In this document: in pieces, positions 23,321 through 37,200 of the stretch
Position numbering within the stretch: position 1 is the stretch's first letter
Layout of the letters: every line of letters starts with the position of its first letter
Assembly (NCBI GenBank): GCA_040285825.1
Contig: JAUPSS010000003.1
Span: 124,001-188,000, forward strand
From: Eukaryota sp. TZLM1-RC
Taxonomy: Eukaryota; Protista; Metamonada: BaSk clade
Reading direction: 5' to 3'
Length of the DNA: 64,000 nucleotides
The notes under the pieces: generated by a model
Told to the model about the DNA's origin: nothing
What the model saw: the letters and a program-made list of their open reading frames with translations, nothing else
Databases searched by the model: none
Position numbers and translations under genes: made by a program

Positions 23321-23434
23321 TAGTTCAGTATTGACATCAATTTTGAATGACTTTGCTTTAAGGTTTCCCCATCAATACAGTACATCCTCTTTGATAACAC
23401 AAGTTTCTCACTGATTTGAGCACTTGCTTCCAGT

Positions 23435-26400
23435 TGATAGTCTTTGCTCGTTTGTGTTAGACATAACCTTAGAAATGTAATGTAATTTATCACGAAGACT
23501 TGAATTGTATTCTCTCTTCTTAAGCCAATAGGCGAAACATAAACTAATAAACTATGTATAATCAATACAAAGTTATTTAATACTATTAGAGACCAACACT
23601 GCCTTTTCTTCTCTTTCGAGCGACGAGCCCTAGTAGCTCAAGTCATTGGCGAAGATGTACTATTTTTAGGGCGCTTTTTGGGAGGAGCGGAATAAGTACG
23701 GCTAGGTGCGTTGGAAGTCTTGATGAAGTCTTGATACGCAGCGGTATTTTTGATTGTGGACAAATGTTTGGTATTGATCTCTTTTCCCGGCCGTTGAACT
23801 TGGCAAAAGTCACCGTCCTGGCTGAGTACCTTTTCAATGATGTGTTCTTCCACATCACCTGCAGCAACCCACGAGTAAACTCATCGTTGGTAGGTAGGCT
23901 TGAATATCACGGAGTAAGTTGTTTGCCAGGGTCGGACTTGGGTAATACGTCATAACCGAAGATGAATTTGTATGGTGTGTGGTTTGTTATTGAGCTCTTG
24001 GAAGAGTTAATCAATAATTGCACTTAGGGCAAATATTCTGACCACACATTGTAGGTGTTGAAGTTTACAAGCAATTATTCTAAGGTTTTGCAGAATGTCT
24101 TTGTGTCGGCGCTCTACCATGCTGTTGGGCCAAAAAAACCTAGAAATTGACTTTAACACCTCTATGCCCAAAAACTTGCTCAATTCGTCGAAGACAGCCT
24201 TGGAAAATACTGCGCCATTGTCATTATGTAGTTGAAACGGTATGCCAAAGATGGCGCAGACTTTCCATATTAATGCATCTGTGGCAACATTGGCTTTTCT
24301 TTCTTCATAGGTACGATGATTGTAAACCTCGAAAAGCTGTCAATGAATACTAAGATGTATTTCTTGCCTTTTTAATCTTTTGGGAAAGGACCATTTATAT
24401 CGGCGTTGACGCGAGCAAAGGGTCTGTCAGCCCACAATAAACTAGTTGGGAAAACGTGCAGTTCAGGTACTGGCTTCGTTTTTTAACAAAAGGGGCATTC
24501 TTGGACGTGCTTATTCATGTATGTAAACATGTTTAACCACCAGTAATCACTGTTTCTGAGCTTGATTAGGCTTTCGGCTTTACTTGGATAACCTCCTTGC
24601 AAGAAGTCCATGTAACAAGTTAAGGGTGTCCTTAATCAGCGATTTCCGGAATCACTATCTTGTTATCCTGAGTTATAAATAGATCAAGCTGATCATTAAT
24701 ACTACAGTTGTTTAACGAGGGGTCTTTGGAAGCTATGGCAAGCTTCTGTTCAGATATTATCCTACAGAGCCATGGCTCGAAAATAGGAAGGTCCATGGAA
24801 CAACGTTGTTTAATGACAATGATACGTTTTAAGTTATTTGAGTCTTCGATGTAGTATCTTTCGTTTTCTGTTCCATCTTCTTTATCAACGTAAAATATTG
24901 GATGAAAATTGTGGGAGTTTTGCCGGAACAAATAATTAATCTCATGATGGTCTGCAGGCGAAATTTCTCGAAACAATATATCTGCCCAAAAGTTATCCTC
25001 ACACTTGGTATGAACCAATTCGAAGCAGAATTCAGAGAAAATGGGTGACCATCTGGTTACTATTTTGTTCTTTTCTGGAGCTGTGAACATTTAGCTTACG
25101 TTTTGGTGATTTGTAAATATGACCAGTTTTCTTCCTTTTAAGTAGTTTTCGAAAGCACTGTGAGTAATATAGCGTAGAGTTCCTTTAGATTAATTGGTCA
25201 GTATTTTTGAAAATTTGACAGCAGACGATTGAAGAAACTGATTGGCCTGCACTTTCTGTTGATTAAAGCTGTACCGGGATCATTGCCAAATTCGATTTGT
25301 TCCCAAATGACTTCGCCAACAGCAATGTCGGATGCATCGCAACTTATCAAAACATGGTTTTTCGCTGGAGGTAGGTTAAATGGCCCGTGCTGTGCTATCA
25401 GTTGTTTGAGCCATCGTGCATGTCGGTCCATTGGAGGCGTTGCGCTATGCGTTTGGATTTAATGTTGGCGTTGTTTCTCTCCTCCTTCTGAGTCAGTTTC
25501 CTGATGGGAGCAATGAGTTCAGATACCTGTAAGAGCCATTCTCTGATAAAGTTGACTGGTCCTACAAAACTACGCACGTCTTCCACAGACTTTGGTCTGG
25601 GGAAATTCATCAAAGAATCGGTTCGAGTGGAATCGATGGTCATTGTCTTGTTCTGGAAAACACTGCCCAGGATCTATATTGGGTGTCTTGAAGACACAAA
25701 GTGGTACTTTGGAAGTCCCAAGGATACTCTTCGAGATCTAGCTTGCTCGAGAACGCATCTGAGGCGATCATTGAATTCGTCAAAGGTTGAACCTATAACT
25801 ATTTTATCATCTATGTAGATGAAAATTTCGTCTCCAGAGAAAATGTCTGAAATCACGTTTTGAAAAACGGCTAAGACAATGGTGAGGCCAAAAGCTGCAT
25901 GTTTGAACATGATGCTTTTGCCTGGGATGCTCATGGCAGTCTTCTGCCAATTCTTCTCAGTAATTTTCAGTTGCCAAAAACTTTGAGGAGGTCAAGGGTA
26001 CCTAGGTGATTTTGCTTTGGGAAAAAATACCAGCACGTCGGAGATCCTAGGAAGGTTGGTCTCAACAGGAATGGTGTTGGCATTTACTTCGTCCTTGTCG
26101 CTGTAGTCACCACTGAGACGCGGCTTACGGTGATCTGGGTAGACCACTGAACAGACAGGAGATTTGAATTCATGGTTCGATGGGGCAGCGACTCCTGACT
26201 CTACAAGTTCATGGAATATTTGTTTGGCAATTTCTGAGCTGGCTGGATTCAGGGTTCGAGGGGGGGGGGGCTAACTCTAACGTTCTTTTTGTAAAAATTG
26301 ATTTCCATAGGAGGACATTCAATACCCTCTGCATAAAGCTTCAGGGTAAATGCGTCTTTGAACACGTTTAAGGTAAGAAGTAAGGATTTTTTGTATTGGT

Positions 26401-27990
26401 CATTTTCTAGGTTGATATAACAACCTGATAAGTTTACGTGTTTCAACCAACGTTCGGAAACGTTGACGAGTTTTGAGGCTTGGGATATTCGATGATCAAT
26501 TTCAGCTTCACGAAATGGTAATGTCTTGCAGGCGTCATTCAATCTTATATAAATGCTCTTGTTGTTCATAAGTCCTAGGTGACTCAACAAATCAGCACCA
26601 AAGAGAATGGTCTCATGTCCAGGAACGATGCTGAACTTGTGTTTCACGTGTACCAGCTGGTTAACGCTACCTAGTCTAACACTTAGGGTTCCAGAAGCAG
26701 TACCGAAAGACTGTGAGGTGGTACCATTGGCAATTTTGTAAAAGATAGTTTCGTTTGTACGAGTCATGTTTCAATTGATGACGTTTTCGGTAACTACTGG
26801 GCAAATTGCACCAAAGTCAATGATGCCTTTAACTTCGACATTGTTGATCAAGAAGATTTGTTGAAGACAATTTGTTGTTAATTTCATGGATTGAACCATG
26901 AATATTGCATCATAATCAGCTTGCTGTTTTGAGAAGTTGACCTGGGAGCTGGTTTCCATTGTAGGTTTTAGGCTGGATAGTGGGTTGATCAAAGAATCTT
27001 CCCATGATTGGCTTACTGTATGTGTACGTGTGTGTGATGTTAATGTAGGGGGTATGGTTTCTAATGCGCGTACATATTGACGTGAACTTTTATTGTACGA
27101 TGAAGGACTTCTGCCTCTGCCGCGTGTGCCTCTTTTGCTACGAGCCTGCTCATTATTCCATTTTTTACTGCGTTGGCAGTCCTCGCTAGGGCACTTTTCA
27201 GTGGGATGGCTAATTTGCTTGCAGAAATTGGTATTAGACGCCGTAGAAGACGGTTAAATAGAGCTTCTTTTTCTTTTATGATGTTTCGGGCTTTTACCTG
27301 GACCAGCACGCCGTTGTCTGTGGATGGCAGGTAGAGAAGACTCCGATTGATCTCGGCGACGGTTTTCAGCCTGATACGATATTTTACTCTGATACAAGAA
27401 ATCAACATGATTGATCTGCTACTGGAAAGATCTAGCATTGCAAAAGTTCTCGTATTTTATTTGAAGAACACTTAAGAACTCTTCTTAGAGTGAGCATGAA
27501 GTCAATCCATCTGTTGCCATAATCCCTCTCTGTCCAATACATGTTGATAGCGTGTAACGCGTTCAGGGTTTGATCCAGTCTGGTGTATTGGATTTTTCTA
27601 AGAATTTATTCCCAAATAATGCGTTCATCACTGCTGGTGGAAACCGTAGAGGATGAAATGGCAAGACCAGAACCTTGGTACCTTAAAGCATTGAGAGCTT
27701 CCGGTGTGACGCATTAAGCTAAAACACGTGGACTAATACGCATAGCTGATCTGAAAAAAACCTATTCGTGAACATGTTCACTGTCAGTGTTACGGAAACA
27801 TTGATCAGATGGAGACTCTTAAGATCTATTCCTAGCCAGTTCTAGTTCATCACGAAGTCTAGAATTTCGCTGGCTAATGCAACCTGAGCTTGGTCTTCGA
27901 TGTTACCTTAAGCCTCATCGACAATTCTGTCGGTGCGACTCCAGAGAATGAACCTGTTAGCAAACTTGAGAAGTTTATCAACATCTCTAA
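23435..27990 (-). mobile_element. Decayed chromovirus (Ty3/gypsy), 5'-truncated, with 3' LTR at 23435-23598
   Basis: Gag, PR (IIDFGA), RT (YIDD), RNase H (CDASD), IN and chromodomain pieces collinear with 36330-41454. A polypurine tract precedes a TG...CA LTR similar to the 154-bp LTR. Confidence 0.92.
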
Positions 27991-30900
27991 GTTAGCAGCA
28001 AATAGATTGTATCTGAATACTCCAGTTGATCAATTATTGGTCAAATCTGTATTTTTTCGAATTCACCGCAGCTCATTTTATGTCACGCTCTGAATTGTCC
28101 TAAACTGATAACTTGTCGGCTTTCTCCATTATATGATGCTGTCAGGTATATTGTTTTCAATATAGCAAGAATAATTGTCCTTTTTGCAAAAAGTTCCTCT
28201 CTAATTCTTTCAATGGTCGCCCTCTCTTGTTTTGTTTTGACTGTCAAACAAGTGATTTTCTTCGTACACCTGTTAAAATTCCTGTAGAGGTAAGTCCTGC
28301 CAGTTCTGTTCCTATGTCAATGGAAATGCGTTCTTTTTCCTCCCAATTGAAATCAAACAAATGGAACATAACAAGATTTTGGAAATTCTTTGCCAGAAAG
28401 AATAAAAAATCAATTAATTACAAACCGAAAAAAAGTAAAGCAAGTTCATCGTTTCAAGCAAGAAAATTGTTCTTGAGAGGTAGAAATGGAAGCGGTTTAA
28501 AAAATATTTTTTCAGGTAAGTTGGCTGATAATAATTATGAAACTGTTAAAAAACTGAAAGCGCTTCATCCAACCGAAAATTTTTGCCCAATTAAGCCGCC
28601 AAATTTGTGAATATTGGCTCGAAAATCCTTTTCAGGCTCATGAAGTATTCAATGCTATCGCTAAATTGCCAAAAGGAAAAGCTGCTGGTCCCTCAGGCAT
28701 TTCTTTTGATTTGTTAAAAACTGCTTGTAAAAATACCCCAGAAATTTCTAAAGATCTTGCCATTTGTTTTCAAAGTTTAATGTGTTTGAATTATGTTCCT
28801 CCACCTGAATTGACTGCTGCCCGGTTAGTTGCTTTAGTTAAACCAAGAAAAAGTAACAAACCCGATGGAGTTAGACCAATTGCTATTGGAGAGTCTTTAA
28901 CCAGGTTGCTGTCCACTCTTATTTTCAATAGAATTTCTACTAAGGCAAAAAACTATTTGAAACCTTTTCAGTTTGGCATTAAAACTATTGAAGGTGCGTC
29001 TGTTGCCTCGATGACTTCAGATGTTTTTTTCAATAGTCAGCAACATCAATATATTTTCAATTTGGACTTTAAAAATGCCTTCAATTCAGTAAAGCGTAAT
29101 TGCATTTACGATGTCCTTATTCAAGAATTTCCAGAACTATCAGCTTATTTTTACTTATTTTATGGAAAAAAGTCAGACTTATTCTTTGACACCTTTACCC
29201 TTGAATATTCTTCTGGTGTGAAACAAGGTGATCCTTTTGGCCCATTGCTCTTTTGTTTGGCTATTTATAATACTATTGAAATGACCCAGAAATAATTCCC
29301 TGAGTTACGTATTGTTGCTTATATGGATGACATTTCGATTATTGGTTCTTATGAAAGCATTTGTAGGGTATCTGAAGGCATTGCTGCGAAATACAAAGAT
29401 ATTGAATTAGCCTTGAATCCCGAAAAATGTCTCTTAATTGGAAGAACAAAACAATCTCTATTGATTGATGATGTTCAAATTTCTTTCATTAATTATTAAC
29501 AACAAGCGTTCAAGTTTCTTGGATGTTGGTTAGACAATTTGGATGAAATTTATTCCAGATTGAACAATTTATTGAAAAATTTTGATAAGGATCTTAGTTT
29601 TATTGCTGAATTTGATATTGAAAAACACATCAAATTTTTTATTTTAAAAATTTGTTATTCTGGTAAATTCACTCATGTTTTAAGATCAACTCCTCCTTCA
29701 GTGTCTCTTGATTTTTGTAGATCTTGCAACAAACTTCGGGTCAAATTTTTTCCTCATTATTGGAGGTAAATGAATCTTTAATTCGAAGTCATGTTCTTTG
29801 TTCTGCTGATTTAGGTGGAATTGTTTCATGAAGTCTTCGATTTTATGTAAAACAGCTTTTTTAGAAGGTGGAAAAAATTTTGTTTTTGAATTTTTTCAAT
29901 GGTTTCCTTATGATGTTCATATGATCCATGGTGAATCTAATTTTTATTTGAATCAACTTCAAATTGAATTAGATAATTTGCCTAGTGATATCTGGATTCA
30001 GTGTTTTCCTCAAAATATTCAAGAAATTCCCACCCGATCACTTCCAAATTTACGTTTTTGCATGAAAAAGCTTCAGCACCATCTGGTTAAGTTTTATGAA
30101 GGCTTGGATTATGAAGTAAGACTTAGCTTGGCCAAAAATAAAAATCCCGCTTTCGGTAATTTTTTAAAGGATATTCGTGATAGTTCTAGCTGCTGCTTTA
30201 GTAACTCAAATTTCCTCTGTTTATGGACTTTTGTAAAAAAAACAATGAATGGCTTTTAAACATGCGTTTTCGTTGTTTTCTGTGGCCAAACAGTTTGCCC
30301 AATCATTTAACTTGTAAATGTGGTAAACCTCTTTTGTTTACTCATCTTTTGAACTGTAAACATTTCATTACATTTAGAAGCAAAGTGCATAATAATGCCA
30401 GGGACCAAATTTATGTAATGTGCAAATCATATCGAGTAGATTCCTTTTTAGAGCCCTTGTTATCAAAATTAATTCTTGATGACCCCAATATTGATAGAAC
30501 GGGCTACAACAGAGCTTCCATGGGTCTGACAAGAATGATCTAGTTGTTCCCGGTTTAAATGGTAGTTTTACTATTTTAAACTCCATGTCTATTGAGCCTT
30601 GTAATTCCTCTAACGAACATCTCATTAACTCGTATGTAAATAATTCTCTTCTTGCAGGCGAAAAATATAAAATTGCTAAATATGCGAAACCCATTTCCTC
30701 GATTAATGAAAATTCTCATGCCCAATATAATTTATGTCCCTTTGTTTTTTCTTTGCTTGGATCTTTGGGTAAGGCTGCTATGGCTTTCCTTCAGGATTTT
30801 GTTGTAGTTGTAAAGGAAAGAACTGGAAGAATTTTCAATCGTGTTTACTGGCAAAACAGGATTGTATTTTCTATTTTTAAGGGAATGGTAAAACTGATTT

Positions 30901-31045
30901 CTGATTCACTGTCTTCTTTTGGGAAAATTTTCTGAATTTTTGGAAATTAATTGTTTTGATGTAGGGGAGGCAGGTTTTGAGGATGTAGAGTTTTAATTGT
31001 GTATTTTATGTTTTCATATTTGTTGTTGAATAAAATAAAAAAACG
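27990..31045 (+). mobile_element. Single-ORF RT-RLE non-LTR retrotransposon (CRE-like), decayed
   Basis: KAAGPSG, RPIAIGE, QFG, LDFKNAFNSV, GVKQGDP, AYMDD, KFLG, CKCG..THLLNC, R..HN..RD and K..KY, then AATAAA plus an A-tail. Confidence 0.92.
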
Positions 31046-31049
31046 AAAT

Positions 31050-31590
31050 ATGGCAAAAAATGCAAAAATCTCATGCATTAAAGAGCGTTTGCTGAGAGAT
31101 ACATTGTGATTAAACAGGTTTGGTTCTGATGAAAGAGGTGATATTTACTGTGATTGGATTGATAACACTGAAGTTGTTGATTCTGTCTCCAGCAATGTTG
31201 CAAATGACACTTTGGTTCAAAGAAGAGAACTTAATTCTGTAGATGCTCTTGAAATCAAAGCCAAAGAAAAACATAGAAAATATGACAAGATATTGAATAA
31301 ACTAATACTGATAGAAATAGACCACTGGTTTTTATTGCTTTACCATTTTCTAACAACGTAAGACTATGAGTAGAAGCAGGAACTCTTTTGAAGGATTTCC
31401 AAATAAAGGTATAGGAAAAAAATGAGAAGATTTGATATTTTTTTATGACGCTTTCGAATTCAATATGACATAATTAATAGATTACCTCAGTTTTTCAATC
31501 GGATCAAAGACACTTTAGGGAGACAGCAAGCAGATCAAGATTTTGTAGATGGAATCTTGGTTCAATGAATTTCGTCCCATCAGTTATGAG
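31050..31590 (+). pseudogene. RLE endonuclease 3' fragment of another non-LTR family
   Basis: ERGDIYCDWIDNTEVVD...ALEIKAKEKHRKYDK, a PD-(D/E)xK-type RLE layout. Confidence 0.65.
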
Positions 31591-31841
31591 TTTGTTTTGT
31601 TAAGTGTGCAAGATTAATAAATATTAATTGCTTGAAAGTGATGACAGTAGTGGAAAAGAATGTTCTTGAATGGGAAAATTCTTAAAAAAAATTAATCATT
31701 TTTGAATAATCAAAATAAAGTGAACCATAATGAAATTGACAATTGTATGATATGATAGTGTGTACATTGGCAATTTAATAGTATTTAGAAAGTTGTATAT
31801 TTAAAAAATGGCACGATTAAAGTAATAAAGACTAAGAACAA

Positions 31842-33407
31842 TCAACATTTGATCTTTTTCTCTTCCTCATCAGATCCACAAGTTCTTTTACCAACCTTTG
31901 ATGGTAAACTACCAGGGCCCCAAAAAGGAGCAGGATTCAAAGGGAATTTAGACACTCCCGTAGCTCGAGACGACAATTTTGCTGAATCCTTGACAGTAAA
32001 ATCAAATTCTGATGGCAAATCTTTTGAAAAAACAACATCCCTTTTTTCACAAGGTTTTTTATCCTCAATTGTTTTTGCATGGTCAACTAGCATACCCCAC
32101 ACATATTCCAAAGGTGCATTGGTCTTGAAGGCACGTCTATCTCCATGCCATTGGGAAACTTTGAAGCCAGCGTTTATTAAAGCAGACCTAGCAGATACTG
32201 CGGGAGGAGAAGAAACCTTCAGAATAGAAGACATTCGATCTAGATTGAAATAAAAAGGAGATTTTACATTCAACTCGTCCTTGATCATTGTGAGAATACC
32301 CTTTATTTTGTTTACAGATGTTACAAAAGGAAAAATCGCCCCAAAATCAGATTCATTGATAAGACCCAACAAACAATTGACAAATTCCTCATTATGCATC
32401 TCCCCTCCCCAAAAAGGACCTGCCATTCGAAGCCTCCCATCACAAATACTACAACAACCACCAGTCAAAATATGACCAGTTTGAATCTTTTTTCCCTGGC
32501 GTGTAGGTGTAATTTCGATACAAGGTTGCTTATACACTGAATGGCAGGTTCCACAGAATGCAACATTAATCATTTGTCCAGCCATTGACCTTGGATTCCC
32601 TCTCTTTTCCACACGAACAAAGACTCTGACATAAAAATCCACATTGAGAGAGAGCAAAGGAACCACAACTCTGTCATGCTTAGCTGCAGAAAAAGCCAAT
32701 GCAGAAAGTAGCGAGCGAACAGATGATTCCTTACAGCAGGAAGTATGCATGGGTAAAGAATTATACTTGATCATACACTTGTCAGGATATTGTCCAACAA
32801 GTACTGCCTGATCAGTAGAAGTTACACATAGCAAACCCCCTGGACGGACAGCACTCACAGCAGAGTCAATAAAAGGGGCGGCTGAACCAAAAGGATCAAG
32901 ATCAATGACATCGAAAAAGGTAGAGTCCCATGGAGAAGGGCGCTCAACAGCTGCAAAATTAGAAAACGAAAATGGTACTGGTTGACTAGATAGAGAAATA
33001 GATTTTCCAGAGAGAAACATCAAAACATTAGCATCAGAACAAACAGTTTTGACGGTAGATTCAACAGAATTGCGGATACAAGACTGCTCTATTAAGCGAC
33101 ATGCCTCAGGAGAAAGATCATTTGCTAAAATCTCGGCTACTTGATCCCCTGGCAACTCCTTGGCAAACCTGATAGAACGCATTCCGGTTGCAGATAGTCC
33201 TTCTAGAATTCGTAGTTTACGTGCAGCAACATCGGCTTTCCAGGAGGCAAGACGTATTGTGTTGTAGGTATGAATGGCAAGAAGACTAATATCGCGATTG
33301 AAGACTTGAACTGGATTATAAAACACGTCATCGCTAGCTATAACTGAAGCAGACCCCTCAGTAATTAAATGATGTCCATCTGGTATAGGAAGTCGGGACG
33401 TGTCCAT
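31842..33407 (-). CDS. TRM1: tRNA (guanine26-N2)-dimethyltransferase
   Basis: VFYNPVQVFNRDIS, LEGLSATGMRSIRFAKE, FDVIDLDPFGSAAPF, DFYVRVFV and NPAPFWGP motifs. Confidence 0.97.
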   Translation of the reverse strand: MDTSRLPIPDGHHLITEGSASVIASDDVFYNPVQVFNRDISLLAIHTYNTIRLASWKADVAARKLRILEGLSATGMRSIRFAKELPGDQVAEILANDLSPEACRLIEQSCIRNSVESTVKTVCSDANVLMFLSGKSISLSSQPVPFSFSNFAAVERPSPWDSTFFDVIDLDPFGSAAPFIDSAVSAVRPGGLLCVTSTDQAVLVGQYPDKCMIKYNSLPMHTSCCKESSVRSLLSALAFSAAKHDRVVVPLLSLNVDFYVRVFVRVEKRGNPRSMAGQMINVAFCGTCHSVYKQPCIEITPTRQGKKIQTGHILTGGCCSICDGRLRMAGPFWGGEMHNEEFVNCLLGLINESDFGAIFPFVTSVNKIKGILTMIKDELNVKSPFYFNLDRMSSILKVSSPPAVSARSALINAGFKVSQWHGDRRAFKTNAPLEYVWGMLVDHAKTIEDKKPCEKRDVVFSKDLPSEFDFTVKDSAKLSSRATGVSKFPLNPAPFWGPGSLPSKVGKRTCGSDEEEKKIKC

Positions 33408-34066
33408 AACTTCAGATATAAAACAAGTGTCCTTTACATCTTCATTTTCTAATAATCATCTCCTTCTGTTGCTGTTGTTTCGGATTTTGTGAGCTCTCAG
33501 ACCCTCTTTTTAATGTGAACTCCGATTATGTTGTCTTGCTTTGATTTGTACTGTATTATACCCATTTCCTTGTGATCGACTTTCGCACAACATTATATCG
33601 TTGTTATCGGACCAAACATTGTGATGGTTTCATCGATAGTGTTTCTTAGATTGGTGCAATTACTTGCAAGGATGTTTAGGTTAAATCATTGTGGACATGC
33701 ACAATAGTATCAAGTATCTAGCTAAAGTGAGGAGACTAGGTGTCACCACTATTTGTGTGTTCCATCTTAAGATATATTACACCATAAAATAGAAACATTT
33801 TCACTCGTTTGGCCTAGTACAGTGCTATAAGCAAGGGCTCAATTGAGGAAGTCAGAATGCATACAGACATGCATCAAAGCAATTTATTAATAACAGATAT
33901 TAAAAATGCTCAAAATGATCACAAATAGCATTAACAAGAATTATCCATAAAGTTACAATGGACTAAAACACTATTAAAGCACACAATTGTCAAAAAAAAT
34001 CAATAGAATATAATAAAAACAACTTCACTTGCTCATCAGAGACAGAAAAGCTTGTTGTTGCCTTAC

Positions 34067-34220
34067 TGTTAGTCTTGAATAGTATTTATAGTTAATAGTT
34101 TAGTTATTAGTATTCCGCCTATTGTCTTAAGATGAGAGAATACAATTCCTCTTCGTAATAAATTACACTTCTGTTACTCTACATTGTATGTCAGACAATA
34201 ACCAACAGCCAAGACCATCA
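34067..34220 (+). repeat. 5' LTR
   Basis: Four substitutions relative to 41301-41454, counted by eye. Confidence 0.95.
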
Positions 34221-37200
34221 ATACGTATTGGGTCGTCCCCGGCTCAACGTAGGATCCTTGAGGAAGAGACTGGTCCCTCTTCCTCACCACTAACCACAGA
34301 CCCTGCTTCCATGCCCCCTTGTTCGGTTGAAGCTTCTGCGCTTCCTGAAGCAACTCTCCCTGAGGGTTCCATCCCAAAGGAAGACAGTTCCCTTCCAAAG
34401 GATTCCGTTCCCATGGAAGGAAGCTCCCCTCCTCAGGATTCCGTTCCTGTGGAAGGAGACAACCCTTTCAAGGATTCTGCTCCTTCGGAAGGAAGAAGTC
34501 CTTCGTTGGTCTCCTACGACGACGAGGACGTAGAGGATTCCGTTGCTCCTCTTCCTCCTTCGCAATTGAGGGCATCTGAAGTCCCATCTTCTCCCCTCTC
34601 TGAAAGAAGCTCTGAAGTACCACCTTCACCTTCTACTCAGAGCAGAGAGACTGTTCAACTTTCTCTCACCGCAAAGGAAGGATTGGAAGACCAACCTTCT
34701 TCCTCCTCTAAGAAGGCCATTGAAGTACCATCTTCATCCCTTTCATCCAGTTCTGAGGTTCCACCCTCTCATCCTCAACAGCTCCTCCCTCCAGTTCCAA
34801 CTGTTAGGAGGAATATTCAAAATCCTGCTGTTCCAACTTCAGGATCTCCTCTAACTTCAACAGTTAGTGGAGTTAATAATCTGTCTGTTTCCCCTCACCA
34901 GGCTAGTGATTCCATTCCTAGCACTTCGGACCTTCCTTCGTATCTTTCTGAAGAGCAAAGGAAAAGGTACGAACAAATCTTTTCAGATTTGGTAGAGTAC
35001 GAGGAACCTCCCAAGGAATTCTCCCCTCTACCTCAACATCAGGTCCCTTCCACGGCACCTCCATCTGAAGTTGACAGAATTCCTGGTGAGGTCTCTAAAG
35101 AATATGTAGAGCGTTTTCTTCAAGAAGAACGAAACTGGGCAGAAAAAGACTGGATAGAGAGATTGAAGCTAGAAGAGGAACATCCTCTACACATGCTCAA
35201 CCTACCCCTTCTCAAACTAGCTCCTACGCTAGCTCGAGTGTTCATCATGGTGCTTCCCGTCAGCACAATCCTTATGCTAGATATAGGGATACACAAGTCA
35301 TTCCAGAGGATCCAGAAGCCATCCCTCCCACGGAGATGAGCAACAAACGTCCTCCTTTCTAGGGTCCCAAAGTCGAGAACGACTTAGGATTATGGATCTC
35401 TCCCAGAATAGGTCCATTTCTTACCGACGAAAGGATCACCCCAGAAACCTCCAGGAATGACCCAAAACCAACTTACGACCCAAGACCCGGAGTTAGGTTC
35501 ATGAGAACTACTCGAGAAGGAGTATTCAGACGCTTCGCTGGAGATGAAGACAACCTCTTCATAAATGTTCACAACCCTTGCCCATACCCTAGGTTCAGCC
35601 CTGGGTACAACGCATCTCTCGATATCCTTATCGACAGAGATTATAGAACAGGGTGGTGGTTTACCGAAACCACATATGGTGAAAGACTCTTTCTTTACGA
35701 CAGACGTCCTGACCATATAGCTTCATATTGTGGTCCTGACCACAGAAGATCAGGTAATCTTCAAAGAGCCCTCCAGCTCGTCACCGTTTTCCCTGGGTGC
35801 ATAGAATCCAGGATGTTAAAGTGGGTAATGGTTGAAGGTCGTATAGAGAAAACACGCTTGGTTCAACCAGCGATCTCTTCTTACCAGGTTTCAGCCCAGA
35901 TTGAAGAGATAGAACCTTCTCCTGAACCTCACCAACGCGAAGTTCCACCTTCCGCAGATCAACCTATGGAAACTTCTACAGAACCCTCGCATAACCCTCC
36001 CATGGAACAAACTGAAGAGGATGTTGTAGTAGAAGTCAGTGATGAGTCCCCAACTCCAGACTCAATTCCAACTGTGCTAGCACCAATGGAACAAACTCCA
36101 GCACCTGCACAGCCTATCGAACAATCAGTGGTTCCACCCACACCTCCTTCCACTGGTTCAACAAGTTCACAACACACGGCTCAACCAACACCTTCTACAG
36201 TTAGTTCTTCACGTTCTACTTTCTCAGGTACTTACGATAGTAACCTTCTCCTATCTTCCATGGTGGGATCAAGAGATAGAGACAACAGACGCAGAGACCG
36301 CCCTAAACGTCCAACTCTCGACGCGACTGATCTAAGAGACGTTGATAAACTCCTCAAGTTTGTTAACAAGTTTATCCTCTGGAGTCGTACAGATAGAATT
36401 GTAGACGAGGCTCGAGGCAACATCGAGGATCCTGCCCAAGTTGCTTTAGCCAGCGAAGTTGCTAGACTTCGTGAAGAACTTGAACTAGCTAGATCAGCAA
36501 AACTGGCATCTGACCAACGGTTCGACAGTGAACCAATTCATGAATGGGATCTCTTCAGATCTGCCATGCGCATTAGTCCCAGAGGCTTAGCTGAATGCGT
36601 TACACCTGAAGCTCTCAATGCTTTAAGGTATCAAGGCACTGGCCTTTCAATTTCCTCCGCCATGGTCCCAACCAGCAGACGAACGCAACATTTGGGAACA
36701 GATCCTAAGGAGAACCCAATTCAGTAGACTGGATCAAGCCCTGGATGTCCTTCATGCTGTACACATGGATTGGTCTGAGAGAGATTATGGTTACAGATGG
36801 ATAGACTTCATGCTTAACATAGGCAGAGTCTTAACGCGTTCCACCGCTATCCAAGACGTTCGTGGCCTGACTCAACAAATGAGACACATCACCATCCACG
36901 GAAACCCCGTCGACCGACTTCCTGAATGGAAAATTGCCTCTCACGTCATTGAAAGCATCGGTATTACCATCATCAGGGACAGACTCCTCAGGATCTGGTC
37001 CAATCCCTCCCATTACTACTCAGATGGCCACACCCTAGGAGAATTTTTCAGTGTTCTCCAAATAGAATACGAAAATTTCTGTAATGCTAGATCTTTTAAG
37101 GAGCAGATCAATCACGTGGACTTCTTGTATCAAAATAGAATCTCGTTTCAGACTGAGAACTGTTGCAGACAGACGGTACCTTCTCCCCCTGCTATCCCCA

